From an uncultured Rhodobacteraceae bacterium (GTDB taxonomy: Bacteria; Pseudomonadota; Alphaproteobacteria; Rhodobacterales; Rhodobacteraceae), in the NCBI GenBank assembly GCA_947503765.1, contig CANNFA010000007.1:98614-162613 (forward strand): a DNA stretch of 64,000 nucleotides. Direction: 5' to 3'. The notes beneath the pieces were generated by a model. The model was not told where the DNA came from. It worked only from the letters and a program-made list of their open reading frames with translations, and did not search any database. This document shows, piece by piece, positions 1 through 11,220 of this stretch; the stretch's first letter is position 1; each line of letters starts with the position of its first letter. The position numbers and the translations under genes were made by a program.

Positions 1-402
1 CCCGCCGATCAGATGCTTCTGCATCAGCGTGCCCATCGTGTTGACCAGGGTCAGCCCGTCCAGCGGCCCCAGCACCCCGGCACAGGCCAGCGCGATGTAC
101 CAGCCCATCGAATTGCCGGTGACGCCGACGATGTCGAACCGGTCCCGGTCGATGGACAGGAAATCGAAATAGGCGCAGGCATGGATCAGCGGCGAGGCGT
201 TGTCGCCGCGTGTATGGCGGGCGATGGAATAGCGGTCGGCGGTATCGAGCGCGGTTATGGGCTCCTGCCCCTGCGCTTTGCGGTAGGCGTCGAACTCGGC
301 CAGCAGCGCGGCCTTGTCCGGGTGCAGGCGGCTCAGGCTGCCAAGCTCGGGCTTGTTGTAGGTGCCGCGTCCGGGGGCGACGATGACGGCGCGCTGTCTC
401 AT
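1..402 (-). CDS. FabD/ACP S-malonyltransferase-like acyltransferase, partial (runs off the left edge)
   Basis: Not in the ORF track. My translation from ATG 402 (ATGA overlap with the E1 stop) is open to base 1: MRQRAVIVAPGRGTYNKPELG...GVTGNSMGWYIALACAG. The PGxG and GxSxG motifs are typical of malonyl/acyl transacylases. Confidence 0.7.
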   Translation of the reverse strand, partial: MRQRAVIVAPGRGTYNKPELGSLSRLHPDKAALLAEFDAYRKAQGQEPITALDTADRYSIARHTRGDNASPLIHACAYFDFLSIDRDRFDIVGVTGNSMGWYIALACAGVLGPLDGLTLVNTMGTLMQKHLIGG

Positions 403-2582
403 GCCTGCCCCCACAGCGCGGCCGCCGCCTCGGCGATGCTGCCCCGCGACGGCATGGTCGCCGCATAGGCGGGGCCGGTGGCGATGAAGCTGTCCTCGGC
501 CGCAAGGCGGCGCGCCGGCAGATCGGTGCGTTCCGCAAGCAGCGTCATCAGCGCCTCGGAGACGTTGCCCGACCGGCGGCATTCGTCCACCACCAGCACC
601 TTTTGCGCGCCCTGAACCGCGTCCAGCAGCGCCTGTTCCGGCAGGGGCGCCAGCCAGCGCAGATCGACGATGCGCGTGTCGATGCCGCGGGCCTGCAATA
701 GCGGCGCGGCCTGCTGCGACAGGTAATGCCCGTTGCCATAGGTGACGATCGCCAGCGGGCCATCGCCGGTCACCCCCACCTCGCCCAGCGCGATGGTCCG
801 GTCCGGGGCGGGATAGGGACGCATCCAGCCGCCATCCTTGTCGCCGTGCAGATCGCGCATCGGATAAAGCGCGATGGGTTCCACGAACACCACCACGCGC
901 TGTTCCTCGCGGGCCAGCCGCACGCATTCGCGCAGCATCTTCGCCGCGTCGTCGCCGCGCGACGGGACTGCCAGCACGATGCCGGGAATGTCGCGCAGCA
1001 CGCCCAGCGAGTTGTCGTTGTGGAAATGCCCGCCGAACCCCTTCTGATAGCCCAGCCCGGCAATGCGCAGCACCATCGGGTTGGTGAACTGCCCGTTCGA
1101 GAAGAACGGCAGCGTCGCCGCCTCGCCGCGCAGCTGGTCCTCGGCGTTGTGCAGGTAGGCCAGGAACTGGATTTCGGGGATCGGAACGAACCCGTTATGC
1201 GCCATGCCGATCGCCAGCCCGAGGATGGATTGCTCGTCCAGCAGCGTGTCGATCACCCGCGACGGACCGAACCGGGCCTGAAGTTTCTGGGTGACGCCAT
1301 AGACCCCGCCCTTGCGGCCCACATCCTCGCCCATCAGGGCAAGCTCGCCATGTTCGAGCATCAGGTCGGTCAGCGCCCAGTTCAGCAGCCGCGACATCGG
1401 CTGCGGTTGGTCGAGCGTTTTCATGTCGGCGCCGAACGCGGCCGCGCGTGCCTCGGCCGGGGGGCCGTTGGTCGGCGCGCAGGGGCGCGGCGGCGGGATC
1501 AGCGACGCCATGACTTCGGACGCGGTTTGCAGGCGCGGGCGCTTCACCGCCTCTTCGGCAACCTTCTCGCATTGCGCATCGAGGCTGTCGTAGATCTCCA
1601 GCACCTCGGCGGCTGTCAGCGTGCCGCTGTCGATCAGCAGGCGGGCGGAATGCAAAAGCGGATCGTCGGCCTCCCAATCCTCGAAGACCTGCCTGTCCAG
1701 ATAAGTCTGCTGCATGTCCGAGCCGGCATGGCCGTACAGCCGCACCAGCGACAGGTGCAGGAAGGCCGGCTTGCGGCACCGGCGCACGTAATCGGCGGCC
1801 TCGGTCGCGGCGCGGTAGGTGTCGAAGATGTCGAGCCCGTCGGCATGGAAATACCGCAGCCCCGGTTTCTGCGAATAGTTCGCCGCCACCCAGCCCTTCG
1901 GCGTGCGCACCGAGATGCCGATGCCGTTATCCTCGCACACGAACAGCAGCGGCAGGGGCACCGACTGGTAGGAGGTCCAGCAGGCAGAGTTGATCGCGCC
2001 CTGCGCGGTGGAATGGTTCGACGACGCATCGCCGAAGGAACACATCACCAGCCCGTCATCGGCCAGCACGCGGTGTTCCGGCGGATGCCGCCGCGCCAGC
2101 CCGATGGAATAGGCCGCGCCGACCGCCTTGGGCAGATGGCTGGCGATGGTCGAGGTCTGCGGCGGGATCATCAGCGGCCGCGATCCCAGCACTTTGTGCC
2201 GCCCGCCGGAAATCGGATCCTCGGTCGAGGTGGAAAAGCTCAGCAGCATGTCCCAGGTCGGCGTGGTGCCCGGCACCTGCGCCGAGCGCATCGTCTGGAA
2301 CGCGCCGTCGCGGTAATGCAGGAACGCCATGTCGTCGGGCCGAAGCGCGGCGGCGACGGCGGCCATGCCTTCGTGCCCCGACGAGCCGATGGTGTAATAC
2401 CCCTGCCCCGCCGCCTGCATCTTGCGCGAGCGGCGGTCAAGGTTGCGGCTGAGGCATTGCGCCCGGAACACCGCAACCGCCTGTTCGGGCGGCAGCGGTC
2501 CGGCGGCGGCGGTGCCGCGCGGCAGGTCGCCGGACCGCACCCGGCCGCGAAACGCGTCGTGAACGATGTCGGCACGATCCAT
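399..2582 (-). CDS. ThDP-dependent 2-oxoacid dehydrogenase E1, fused alpha+beta subunits (727 aa)
   Basis: Alpha half has the GDASSN...EDNG ThDP motif and RLYGHAGSD. Beta half has MGEDVG...GGVYGVT, DTLLDEQSILG and PEIQFLAY. No lipoyl domain is visible. Confidence 0.85.
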   Translation of the reverse strand: MDRADIVHDAFRGRVRSGDLPRGTAAAGPLPPEQAVAVFRAQCLSRNLDRRSRKMQAAGQGYYTIGSSGHEGMAAVAAALRPDDMAFLHYRDGAFQTMRSAQVPGTTPTWDMLLSFSTSTEDPISGGRHKVLGSRPLMIPPQTSTIASHLPKAVGAAYSIGLARRHPPEHRVLADDGLVMCSFGDASSNHSTAQGAINSACWTSYQSVPLPLLFVCEDNGIGISVRTPKGWVAANYSQKPGLRYFHADGLDIFDTYRAATEAADYVRRCRKPAFLHLSLVRLYGHAGSDMQQTYLDRQVFEDWEADDPLLHSARLLIDSGTLTAAEVLEIYDSLDAQCEKVAEEAVKRPRLQTASEVMASLIPPPRPCAPTNGPPAEARAAAFGADMKTLDQPQPMSRLLNWALTDLMLEHGELALMGEDVGRKGGVYGVTQKLQARFGPSRVIDTLLDEQSILGLAIGMAHNGFVPIPEIQFLAYLHNAEDQLRGEAATLPFFSNGQFTNPMVLRIAGLGYQKGFGGHFHNDNSLGVLRDIPGIVLAVPSRGDDAAKMLRECVRLAREEQRVVVFVEPIALYPMRDLHGDKDGGWMRPYPAPDRTIALGEVGVTGDGPLAIVTYGNGHYLSQQAAPLLQARGIDTRIVDLRWLAPLPEQALLDAVQGAQKVLVVDECRRSGNVSEALMTLLAERTDLPARRLAAEDSFIATGPAYAATMPSRGSIAEAAAALWGQA

Positions 2583-2591
2583 GACGGCCGC

Positions 2592-3797
2592 CTAGAAGAA
2601 CGCCTGAAGGCCGGTCTGCGCGCGGCCCAGGATCAGCGCGTGAACGTCGTGCGTGCCCTCGTAGGTGTTCACCGTCTCCAGGTTGACCATGTGGCGGATG
2701 ACCTGGAATTCCTCGGAAATGCCGTTGCCGCCATGCATGTCGCGGGCCATGCGCGCGGCATCCAGCGCCTTGCCGCAATTGTTGCGCTTGATGAGGCTGA
2801 TCATCTCGGGCGCGGCGCGCGCCTCGTCCATCAGGCGCCCGGTGCGCAGCGCGGCCTGAAGGCCCAGCGCGATTTCCGTCTGCATGTCGGCCAGTTTCTT
2901 CTGGAACAGCTGCGTCTGCGCCAGCGGCTTGCCGAACTGCTTGCGGTCCAGCCCGTATTGCCGCGCCGCGTGCCAGCAGAATTCCGCCGCGCCCATCACG
3001 CCCCAGGCGATGCCGTAACGCGCCCGGTTCAGGCAGCCGAACGGCCCCTTCAGCCCCTGCACGTTCGGCAGCAGCGCATCCTCGCCGACCTCGACATCCT
3101 TCATCACGATCTCGCCCGTGGTCGAGGCGCGCAGGCTCAGCTTGCCCTCGATCTTCGGCGCGCTCAGCCCCTTGGTGCCCTTGTCCAGGACGAAGCCGCG
3201 GATCTTGCCGTCATGGGCGTCGGATTTCGCCCAGACGATGAACACGTCCGCGAAGGGCGAATTGGAGATCCACGTCTTGGTCCCGTTCAGCACATACCCG
3301 CCATCGGTCTTCTTCGCCCGCGTCTTCATCCCCGCAGGGTCGGAGCCGGCATCAGGCTCGGTCAGGCCGAAACAGCCGATCCATTCGCCGCTGGCCAGCT
3401 TCGGCAGGTATTTCTCGCGCTGCGCGTCGGTGCCGTAGGCGTGGATCGGGTACATCACCAGGCTGGATTGCACCGACATCATCGACCGATAGCCCGAATC
3501 GACCCGCTCGATTTCCCGCGCGACAAGGCCGTAGGCCACGTATCCCGCACCGATCCCGCCGTATTCCTCGGGGATGGTGACCCCCAGCAGGCCCATCTCG
3601 CCCATCTCGGCAAAGATGCCCGGATCGGCCGTTTCCTCGCGGTAGGCGCGAATGACGCGCGGTTGCAGCTTTTCCTGGGCATAGGCGCGGGCGCTGTCCT
3701 GGATCATCCGCTCGTCATCGTCCAGCTGCGAGTCCAGCAGCAGCGGATCGGACCAGTCGAACGAGGACAGGTCGGGGGCGTCTTTGGGTTTCAGCAT
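2592..3797 (-). CDS. gcdH: Acyl-CoA dehydrogenase, glutaryl-CoA dehydrogenase type
   Basis: [34 protein letters not shown] and [20 protein letters not shown]. Start moved to MLKPKD (3797). Confidence 0.8.
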   Translation of the reverse strand: MLKPKDAPDLSSFDWSDPLLLDSQLDDDERMIQDSARAYAQEKLQPRVIRAYREETADPGIFAEMGEMGLLGVTIPEEYGGIGAGYVAYGLVAREIERVDSGYRSMMSVQSSLVMYPIHAYGTDAQREKYLPKLASGEWIGCFGLTEPDAGSDPAGMKTRAKKTDGGYVLNGTKTWISNSPFADVFIVWAKSDAHDGKIRGFVLDKGTKGLSAPKIEGKLSLRASTTGEIVMKDVEVGEDALLPNVQGLKGPFGCLNRARYGIAWGVMGAAEFCWHAARQYGLDRKQFGKPLAQTQLFQKKLADMQTEIALGLQAALRTGRLMDEARAAPEMISLIKRNNCGKALDAARMARDMHGGNGISEEFQVIRHMVNLETVNTYEGTHDVHALILGRAQTGLQAFF

Positions 3798-3807
3798 GGA
3801 AGGTTCC

Positions 3808-5031
3808 TCAATCTTCAAGGGCGGCGACGGCGGCCGCGATTCGGCGGCAACCCTCGGCAAGGTCGCCTTGCGAATATGCATAGGACAGACGGAAATGGCC
3901 GGAAAGCCCGAACGCCCGTCCGGGCACCACGGCAACACCGGCCTCGTGCAGCAGGTACTGGCAGAAATCGGCGTCGGTTTCGATCTTTTGGCCGGCCGGG
4001 GTGCAACAGCCGAAGGTGCCGGTGCAGGCCGGGAACAGGTAGAACGCGCCGCCCGGCTCGTCGCAATGCAGCCGCCCGGTGGCGTTGATCCGCTCCAGCA
4101 CGAAATCGCGGCGGGCGCGGAACGCGGCGCGGCGTTCCGCCAGCAGATCCTGCGGGCCGGTCAGCGCGCCCAGCGCCGCCGCCTGCGAGATCGAGGACGC
4201 GCCCGAGGTCGATTGCCCCTGGATCGCCACCATGGCGCGGATCAATTCTGCCGGGCCGATCCCCCAGCCCAGCCGCCAGCCGGTCATGGAATAGGCCTTG
4301 GACACCCCGTTCACGATCAGCATCCGGCCCGCGAGCTCCGGCGCGGCGACGCGGAACGAGGTGAACGGGCGATAGGCGATGTGCTGATAGATCTCGTCGG
4401 ACAGCACCATGACCTGCGGATGATCGGCCAGCACCTTCGCCAGCGCCACCAGATCGTCCGCGCCGTACAGCGCGCCCGACGGATTGCCCGGCGTGTTCAG
4501 CATCAGCCAGCGGGTGCGCGGCGTGATCGCGGCGGCAAGGTCGGCGGGCGTGATGCGGAACCCGGTTTCCGCCGATGTCGCCCGCGGCACCAGCACGCCT
4601 TCGCAGGTGGCGACGGTATCGGCATAGGTGGTCCAGTACGGCGTCGGCACGATCACCTCGTCGCCCGGATCCACCGTGGCGAGAAAGGCGTTGCTGATCA
4701 CCTGTTTCGCCCCGGTGCTGACGATGATCTCGCCGGGATCGGGCCGCACGCCGGTCCAGCGCGCGTTGTCCTCGGCGATCGCCGCGCGCAGCGCCGGGGT
4801 GCCCTGGGTCGGCGGATAATTCGTCTGCCCGTCAAGCGCGGCCCGGTGCGCCGCCTCGATCGCATGCGGCGGGGTGGGAAAATCCGGCTCGCCGGTGCCG
4901 AAGGACAGGATGTCGCGCCCCTGCGCCTTCAGCGTCCTTGCCTGCTCGGAGACGCGGACGATCTCCGACACCTCAAGCGCGGCGGCCCGGCGGGCGCGGC
5001 GGAACGGGGCGGGGGAAGGCGGGGCGTCCAT
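3808..5031 (-). CDS. PLP-dependent class I aminotransferase (aspartate aminotransferase family)
   Basis: [21 protein letters not shown] and [15 protein letters not shown] (PLP lysine). Start is uncertain. Confidence 0.85.
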   Translation of the reverse strand: MDAPPSPAPFRRARRAAALEVSEIVRVSEQARTLKAQGRDILSFGTGEPDFPTPPHAIEAAHRAALDGQTNYPPTQGTPALRAAIAEDNARWTGVRPDPGEIIVSTGAKQVISNAFLATVDPGDEVIVPTPYWTTYADTVATCEGVLVPRATSAETGFRITPADLAAAITPRTRWLMLNTPGNPSGALYGADDLVALAKVLADHPQVMVLSDEIYQHIAYRPFTSFRVAAPELAGRMLIVNGVSKAYSMTGWRLGWGIGPAELIRAMVAIQGQSTSGASSISQAAALGALTGPQDLLAERRAAFRARRDFVLERINATGRLHCDEPGGAFYLFPACTGTFGCCTPAGQKIETDADFCQYLLHEAGVAVVPGRAFGLSGHFRLSYAYSQGDLAEGCRRIAAAVAALED

Positions 5032-5247
5032 GGGGCGACTCGAACAAATATTCTGATCGTGCATGACATACGGCACAAGGACAGCCGGAAGAACCGCCAT
5101 TTTCGCATCATATCTTGTCAAAACGGAATGAAGTCGAAGGCCGCCCCTTCCGTTTTGCGGCATATCGCTGCGGGTCCGGCGCGCGGGGTCAGATCCTGAT
5201 CGCCGCCTTCAAACCGTGCCGGCCCGCCCTGCGGAAAACGGGACCGT

Positions 5248-6123
5248 TCAAGAGCCGTCCCAGCGCCTGAGCATCCAGTACCACTGGTCCGGGTTTGCCA
5301 GGATCCGCGCGGACAGGCTGTCGTTGAAGGCGCGGGTCATCGTGATGCTGTCGGTGTGCGGGATGGGGGCCTCGAATTCGACGCGGAATGCATGCCCGTC
5401 ATCCATGCGAATGCCGTAGGCCGGGATCATCGGCAGATCGTATTTGAGCGCAAGCTGGGCTGCCGACCGCGATGTAAGCGCGTCGATGCCCAGAAACGGC
5501 AGCCGCACGCCTTCCGCATATTTTTCGTCCAGCAGGATGGACACGATCCCGCCATCGCGCAGGTGACGCACAAGCGCCTTGGTGCCGACGCGGCCGGTTG
5601 CCAGGATCGGCTTTCCCCCCGCTTCGATACCGGTACGGATGCGGCGCTCGTAATGGCGGTTCTTGTGGGGGCGGTAGACGGCCCCGCTTTCCATCCCGTG
5701 CATCTTGATGACGGCGCGCACGGCCTCCCATTGCCCGAAATGACCCGAAACGATGATCGCGCCCTTGCCGGCCGTATTCGCCTCTTTCAGGGCGGCAAGG
5801 CCGGGGCCCGCGGCGCGGAACTTGTGGTGCTGGGTTTGAAATTCGGCGTCGTGGTAAATCTCGAACAGCGTCTGTCCCATCTGCCGGCCCATGGCCTGAC
5901 CGAGCTTCGCACGCGCGCGGCGCGTCATGTCGGGGAACACTCTTTTCGCCTCGCGGGCAAACCGGCGTCTCGCTGGCGGGAACCAGCGCATGACCACGCC
6001 CAGTGCCGTCCCCAGGCCACGCGACCGCATGTCGAAGCTGCGCCATCGAAGGGCCGTCAGCGCCGACCACAATGGCAGGTACCGGGCGTGAGACAAAACC
6101 GATTTCAATGTGGCCGGGAACAT
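5248..6123 (-). CDS. Lipid A / lysophospholipid acyltransferase (HtrB/MsbB family)
   Basis: HFGQWE (HxxxxE) motif, ILLDEK, and C-terminal NPDQWYWMLRRW. Confidence 0.75.
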   Translation of the reverse strand: MFPATLKSVLSHARYLPLWSALTALRWRSFDMRSRGLGTALGVVMRWFPPARRRFAREAKRVFPDMTRRARAKLGQAMGRQMGQTLFEIYHDAEFQTQHHKFRAAGPGLAALKEANTAGKGAIIVSGHFGQWEAVRAVIKMHGMESGAVYRPHKNRHYERRIRTGIEAGGKPILATGRVGTKALVRHLRDGGIVSILLDEKYAEGVRLPFLGIDALTSRSAAQLALKYDLPMIPAYGIRMDDGHAFRVEFEAPIPHTDSITMTRAFNDSLSARILANPDQWYWMLRRWDGS

Positions 6124-6420
6124 GAGGCTGTATGATCCGGTTCGCGGCAAAGGCCAATCGAAAACGCTGCGGGCGAATTGCCTTTGGCCACATTTTCCGG
6201 GTTTCGCGCATTTCGGCTATCGGCGGGCCGCCAGGGCTTTCAGGCGCGGCGCATAACCTTGCGGCACTTGGCCTGTCATGGCCGGATCCGGGCCAATTAT
6301 CACGTTGACGGGGCGAAAATCAGTTCGCACAGTACCGCAAGCAAGCAGCCCGGACCCGGCGCAGACCGGAACAGGGGCGTCCAAAGGGGGAACCGACGTG
6401 GCCGCAATGCGGGGACATAT

Positions 6421-7162
6421 ATGACGCTGGCGCTGGAGGCGCGCGGACTGACGAAGGAATTCAAGGGCTTCGTCGCGGTCAACAATGTCGATCTGCAAGT
6501 CGAGAGGGGCAGCATCCACGCCCTGATCGGTCCCAACGGCGCGGGCAAGACCACCTGTTTCAACCTGCTGACGAAGTTCCTGCAACCCACACGCGGCACC
6601 ATCACCTACGAGGGGCGCGACATCACCCGCATGGCCCCGGCCGAGATCGCGCGGCTGGGCATGGTCCGGTCGTTCCAGATCTCGGCGGTGTTCCCGCATC
6701 TGAGCGTGTTGCAGAACGTGCGCGTCGCCTTGCAGCGCCGGCGCGGCGAAAGCTACGATTTCTGGCGGTCCGAAAGGAACCTGTCGCGCTTCGATGCCGA
6801 GGCGCTGGGCTTCATCGAGGAGGTCGGGCTGGCCGAATTCGCCCATCACGAGGCAACCGAGCTGTCCTACGGCCGCAAGCGCGCGCTGGAGATCGCGGCG
6901 ACCCTGGCGCTTGAGCCGCAGATGCTGCTGCTGGACGAGCCGATGGCCGGCATGGCCCAGGAGGATGTCGAGCGGATCTCGGCGCTGATCCGGCGGGTGG
7001 CGAAGAACCGCACGGTGCTGATGGTGGAGCATAACCTGTCGGTGGTCGCCGACCTGTCCGACCGCATCACCGTCCTCGCCCGCGGCGAGATCCTGGCCGA
7101 GGGCGATTACGACACCGTGTCGAAGGCCCCCGAGGTGATCGACGCCTATATCGGAGCAGGCC

Positions 7163-7170
<8 letters not shown>
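6421..7170 (+). CDS. Branched-chain amino acid-type ABC transporter ATP-binding protein (LivG-like)
   Basis: GPNGAGKTT, LSYGRKR and LLDEPMAG. Start placed at MTLALE. Confidence 0.9.
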
Positions 7171-7870
<700 letters not shown>

Positions 7871-7921
7871 CCTGTCCACGACCGGCGCGGATTCCGCGCC
7901 GCCAACAAAAGGGAGTAGACC

Positions 7922-9121
7922 ATGCTTAAGAGAATCGCCTTTGGAAGCGCCATCGGCGCGCTCGCCGCGGGCGGGGCGCTCGCCCAGGACATCGACGTCA
8001 CGCTGGGCGTTCTGAACGACCGCTCGGGCGTCTATGCCGACCTGTCCGGCGAAGGCTCGGTCGTCGCCACGCGCATGGCGGTCGAGGATTTCGACGCGGC
8101 CGGCAAGGGCCTGAACGTGGAAATCATCTCGGCCGACCACCAGAACAAGCCCGATATCGGCTCCAACATCGCGCGCCAGTGGTATGACGTGGACGGCGTG
8201 AACGCGATCATCGACGTGCCGACCTCCTCGGTCGCGCTCGCCGTGGCCGACATCACCGCGGAAAAGAACGGCGTGCTGCTCGATTCCGGCGCCGGCTCCA
8301 CCGCGCTGACCCGCGAGCAGTGCCAGCCCAACACCGTGCACTGGACCTATGACACCGCCGCGCTGGCCAACGGCACCGGCGGCGCCGTCACCAATGCCGG
8401 CGGCGAAAAGTGGTTCTTCCTGACCGCCGACTATGCCTTCGGCCACTCGCTGGAAGAGAACACCATGGCCGTCGTCAAGGAGAACGGCGGCGAGGTTGTC
8501 GGCAACGTGCGCCATCCGTTCCCGTCGCAGGACTTCTCGTCCTTCCTGCTTCAGGCGCAGGGCTCCGGCGCTGACGTGATCGGCCTGGCAAATGCCGGCG
8601 GCGACACCGTCAACGCGATCAAGCAGGCATCGGAATTCGGCATCACCCAGGCCGGTCAGAAACTGGCCGCGCTCCTGATGTTCGTCACCGACGTGCATTC
8701 GCTGGGCGCCGAGACGGCACAGGGCCTGAACCTGACCGAAGCCTTCTACTGGGATCAGAACGACGCGACGCGCGACTGGTCGGCCCGCTTCGAGGAGGCG
8801 CATGGCGCCAAGCCGACGATGGTGCATGCCGGCGCCTATTCGGCGACGCTGGCCTATCTCGCCGCGGTCGAGGCCCTGGGCAGCGCCGAGGACGGCGCCG
8901 CGATCGTCGCCAAGATGAAGGAAGCGGACATCGACGACGCCCTGTTCGGCAAGACCAAGGTGCGCGGCGACGGCCGGGCGATCCACGACATGTACCTGTT
9001 CCAGGTCAAGGCGCCCGGCGACTCGACCGGCGAGTGGGATCTCTACGAGCAGATCTCGACGATCAGCGGCGAGGATGCGTTCCTGCCGATGCTCGACGAA
9101 TGCGACTTCACCAAGAAGTAA
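7922..9121 (+). CDS. ABC transporter substrate-binding protein (Leu/Ile/Val-binding fold)
   Basis: Signal peptide, then ADHQNKPDIG and ADYAFGHSLE. Position in a liv-type operon supports the call. Confidence 0.9.
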   Translation: MLKRIAFGSAIGALAAGGALAQDIDVTLGVLNDRSGVYADLSGEGSVVATRMAVEDFDAAGKGLNVEIISADHQNKPDIGSNIARQWYDVDGVNAIIDVPTSSVALAVADITAEKNGVLLDSGAGSTALTREQCQPNTVHWTYDTAALANGTGGAVTNAGGEKWFFLTADYAFGHSLEENTMAVVKENGGEVVGNVRHPFPSQDFSSFLLQAQGSGADVIGLANAGGDTVNAIKQASEFGITQAGQKLAALLMFVTDVHSLGAETAQGLNLTEAFYWDQNDATRDWSARFEEAHGAKPTMVHAGAYSATLAYLAAVEALGSAEDGAAIVAKMKEADIDDALFGKTKVRGDGRAIHDMYLFQVKAPGDSTGEWDLYEQISTISGEDAFLPMLDECDFTKK

Positions 9122-9132
9122 TCGCGCAACAG

Positions 9133-9166
9133 GGGCGCGTTCGCCGGGTTTCCGGCGGGCGCGCCC
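9133..9166 (+). other. Strong intergenic stem-loop after the binding-protein gene (mRNA stabiliser or attenuator)
   Basis: GGGCGCGTTCGCCGG-GTTT-CCGGCGGGCGCGCCC, with no U-tract. Confidence 0.55.
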
Positions 9167-9198
9167 GCCGCTGAACAGCTGACGCACAGGGTCGAAAC

Positions 9199-10086
9199 AT
9201 GTTCGAGCTATTGGGAATTCCGCCGCAGGTTCTGCTCGGCCAGCTTCTGCTGGGGCTGATCAACGGGTCGTTCTACGCGGTCCTGTCGCTGGGGCTCGCG
9301 GTGATCTTCGGGCTGCTCAACATCATCAACTTCGCACATGGCGCGCTTTACATGATGGGGGCCTTCGTGGCCTGGATGCTGCTGAACTATGTCGGCATCG
9401 GCTACTGGCCCGCGCTGATCCTCGCGCCGCTGATCGTCGGCGCCTTCGGGATCGTGCTGGAGCGCACCATGCTGGCGCGGCTCTATCACCTCGACCACCT
9501 GTACGGGCTGCTGCTGACCTTCGGGCTGGCGCTGATCATCCAGGGGCTGTTCCGCAATTATTACGGCATTTCGGGCCTGCCCTACCGGATCCCCGACATA
9601 TTGTCGGGCGGGCACAACCTGGGCTTCATGTTCATGCCGAATTACCGCGCCTGGGTCGTCGTCGCCTCTGTCATCGTGTGTTTCGGCACCTGGTTCATGA
9701 TCGAGAAGACCCGGCTGGGCGCCTATCTGCGCGCCGCCACCGAAAACCCGGTGCTGGTCGGCGCCTTCGGCATCAACGTGCCGCTGATGATCACCCTGAC
9801 CTACGGCTTCGGCGTGGCGCTGGCCGGGTTCGCGGGGGTGCTGGCCGCGCCGATCTACTCGGTCAACCCGAACATGGGCGCCGACATGATCATCGTGGTC
9901 TTCGCCGTGGTGGTGATCGGCGGCATGGGCTCGATCATGGGCGCGATCCTGACCGGCTACATCCTGGGGCTGGTCGAGGGGCTGACCCGTGTCTTCTACC
10001 CGGAAGGATCGGCGGTGGTGATCTTCGTCATCATGGCGATCGTTCTGCTCATCAAGCCCGAAGGGCTGTTCGGGAGGGCCGCGTGA
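9199..10086 (+). CDS. ABC permease (LivH-like)
   Basis: GLLNIINFAHG motif and a multi-TM hydrophobic pattern. Confidence 0.9.
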   Translation: MFELLGIPPQVLLGQLLLGLINGSFYAVLSLGLAVIFGLLNIINFAHGALYMMGAFVAWMLLNYVGIGYWPALILAPLIVGAFGIVLERTMLARLYHLDHLYGLLLTFGLALIIQGLFRNYYGISGLPYRIPDILSGGHNLGFMFMPNYRAWVVVASVIVCFGTWFMIEKTRLGAYLRAATENPVLVGAFGINVPLMITLTYGFGVALAGFAGVLAAPIYSVNPNMGADMIIVVFAVVVIGGMGSIMGAILTGYILGLVEGLTRVFYPEGSAVVIFVIMAIVLLIKPEGLFGRAA

Positions 10087-11078
10087 TGGCAATGAACGAC
10101 GCCGGCGCGGCCGGCCCGAAAACGGCGGACGACGCGCCCGCGCGGCCGGCCGGGATGCCGATGCTGCACAAGGCGATCTTCGGCATCCTGCTGATCTTCC
10201 TGCTGGCGCTGCCGTTCCTCGTCTATCCGATCTTCGCGATGAAGGTGATGTGCTTCGCGCTGTTCGCCGCCGCGTTCAACCTGCTGCTCGGCTTCGGCGG
10301 GCTGCTGTCCTTCGGGCATGCCGCCTATTTCGGCGGGGCAAGCTATGTCGCCGCCCATGCCGCCAAGGTCTGGGGCCTGACGCCGGAACTGTCGGTGCTG
10401 GCCGGCACCGCCGCCGCCGCGTTCCTGGGGCTGATCATCGGCGCGCTGTCGATCCGCCGGCAGGGCATCTATTTCGCCATGGTCACGCTTGCCTTCGCGC
10501 AGATGGTCTATTTCCTGTCGCTGCAACTGCCCTTCACCGGCGGCGAGGACGGCATCCAGTCGGTGCCGCGCGGCGACCTGTTCGGGCTAATCCCGCTCCA
10601 GGACAACATCTCGCTCTATTTCTTCGTGCTGGCGGTGACCTTCGGCGGCATCCTGTTCCTGTACCGGATCGTGCACTCGCCGTTCGGCCAGGTGCTCAAG
10701 GCGATCCGCGAGAACGAGCCGCGCGCGGTGTCGCTGGGCTACAACGTGAACCGCTACAAGCTTCTGGTCTTCGTGCTGTCGGCGACCTTTGCCGGGCTGG
10801 CCGGGGCGACGAAAAGCCAGGTGTTCCAGCTCGCCTCGCTGACCGATGTGCACTGGTCGATGTCGGGCGAGGTGGTGCTGATGACGCTGCTGGGCGGGAT
10901 GGGCACGATCTTCGGCCCGCTGGTGGGCGCGGCGGCGATCGTGACGATGCAGAACTACCTTGCCACCCTGGGCGCCTGGGTGACGATCATCCAGGGGGTG
11001 ATCTTCGTGATCGGCGTGCTGCTGTTCCGCGAGGGGATCGTGGGCGTCATCTCGCGCTGGCTGAAGCGGCCGCTCTGA
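10086..11078 (+). CDS. ABC permease (LivM-like)
   Basis: LSFGHAAYFG, GIYFAMVTLAFAQ and TGGEDGI. TGATG coupling to livH. Confidence 0.9.
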   Translation: MAMNDAGAAGPKTADDAPARPAGMPMLHKAIFGILLIFLLALPFLVYPIFAMKVMCFALFAAAFNLLLGFGGLLSFGHAAYFGGASYVAAHAAKVWGLTPELSVLAGTAAAAFLGLIIGALSIRRQGIYFAMVTLAFAQMVYFLSLQLPFTGGEDGIQSVPRGDLFGLIPLQDNISLYFFVLAVTFGGILFLYRIVHSPFGQVLKAIRENEPRAVSLGYNVNRYKLLVFVLSATFAGLAGATKSQVFQLASLTDVHWSMSGEVVLMTLLGGMGTIFGPLVGAAAIVTMQNYLATLGAWVTIIQGVIFVIGVLLFREGIVGVISRWLKRPL

Positions 11079-11097
11079 CGCGGCGCCTCGCCCCCGC

Positions 11098-11155
11098 GCA
11101 TCCTCATCTTGCCCGAAATACCTCGGGGAGGTCCGGAGGGGCAGCGCCCCTCCGG
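11098..11155. repeat. Dispersed intergenic palindromic repeat, copy 1
   Basis: GCATCCTCATCTTGCCCGAAATACCTCGGGGAG followed by the hairpin CCGGAGGGGC-AGC-GCCCCTCCGG. A second copy is at 18691. Confidence 0.7.
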
Positions 11156-11220
11156 CCCCTCCGCCGGCGCGGCGCCCGCCCTCCCTTGCGCTCCCGCGCC
11201 GCGACCGCCAGTGTGCGCGC

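Noticed and set aside
726-4088. 1120-aa plus-strand ORF
   Set aside because: It is the antisense shadow of the E1 and gcdH genes. High-GC codon bias leaves the opposite frame stop-free, and it has no recognisable motifs.
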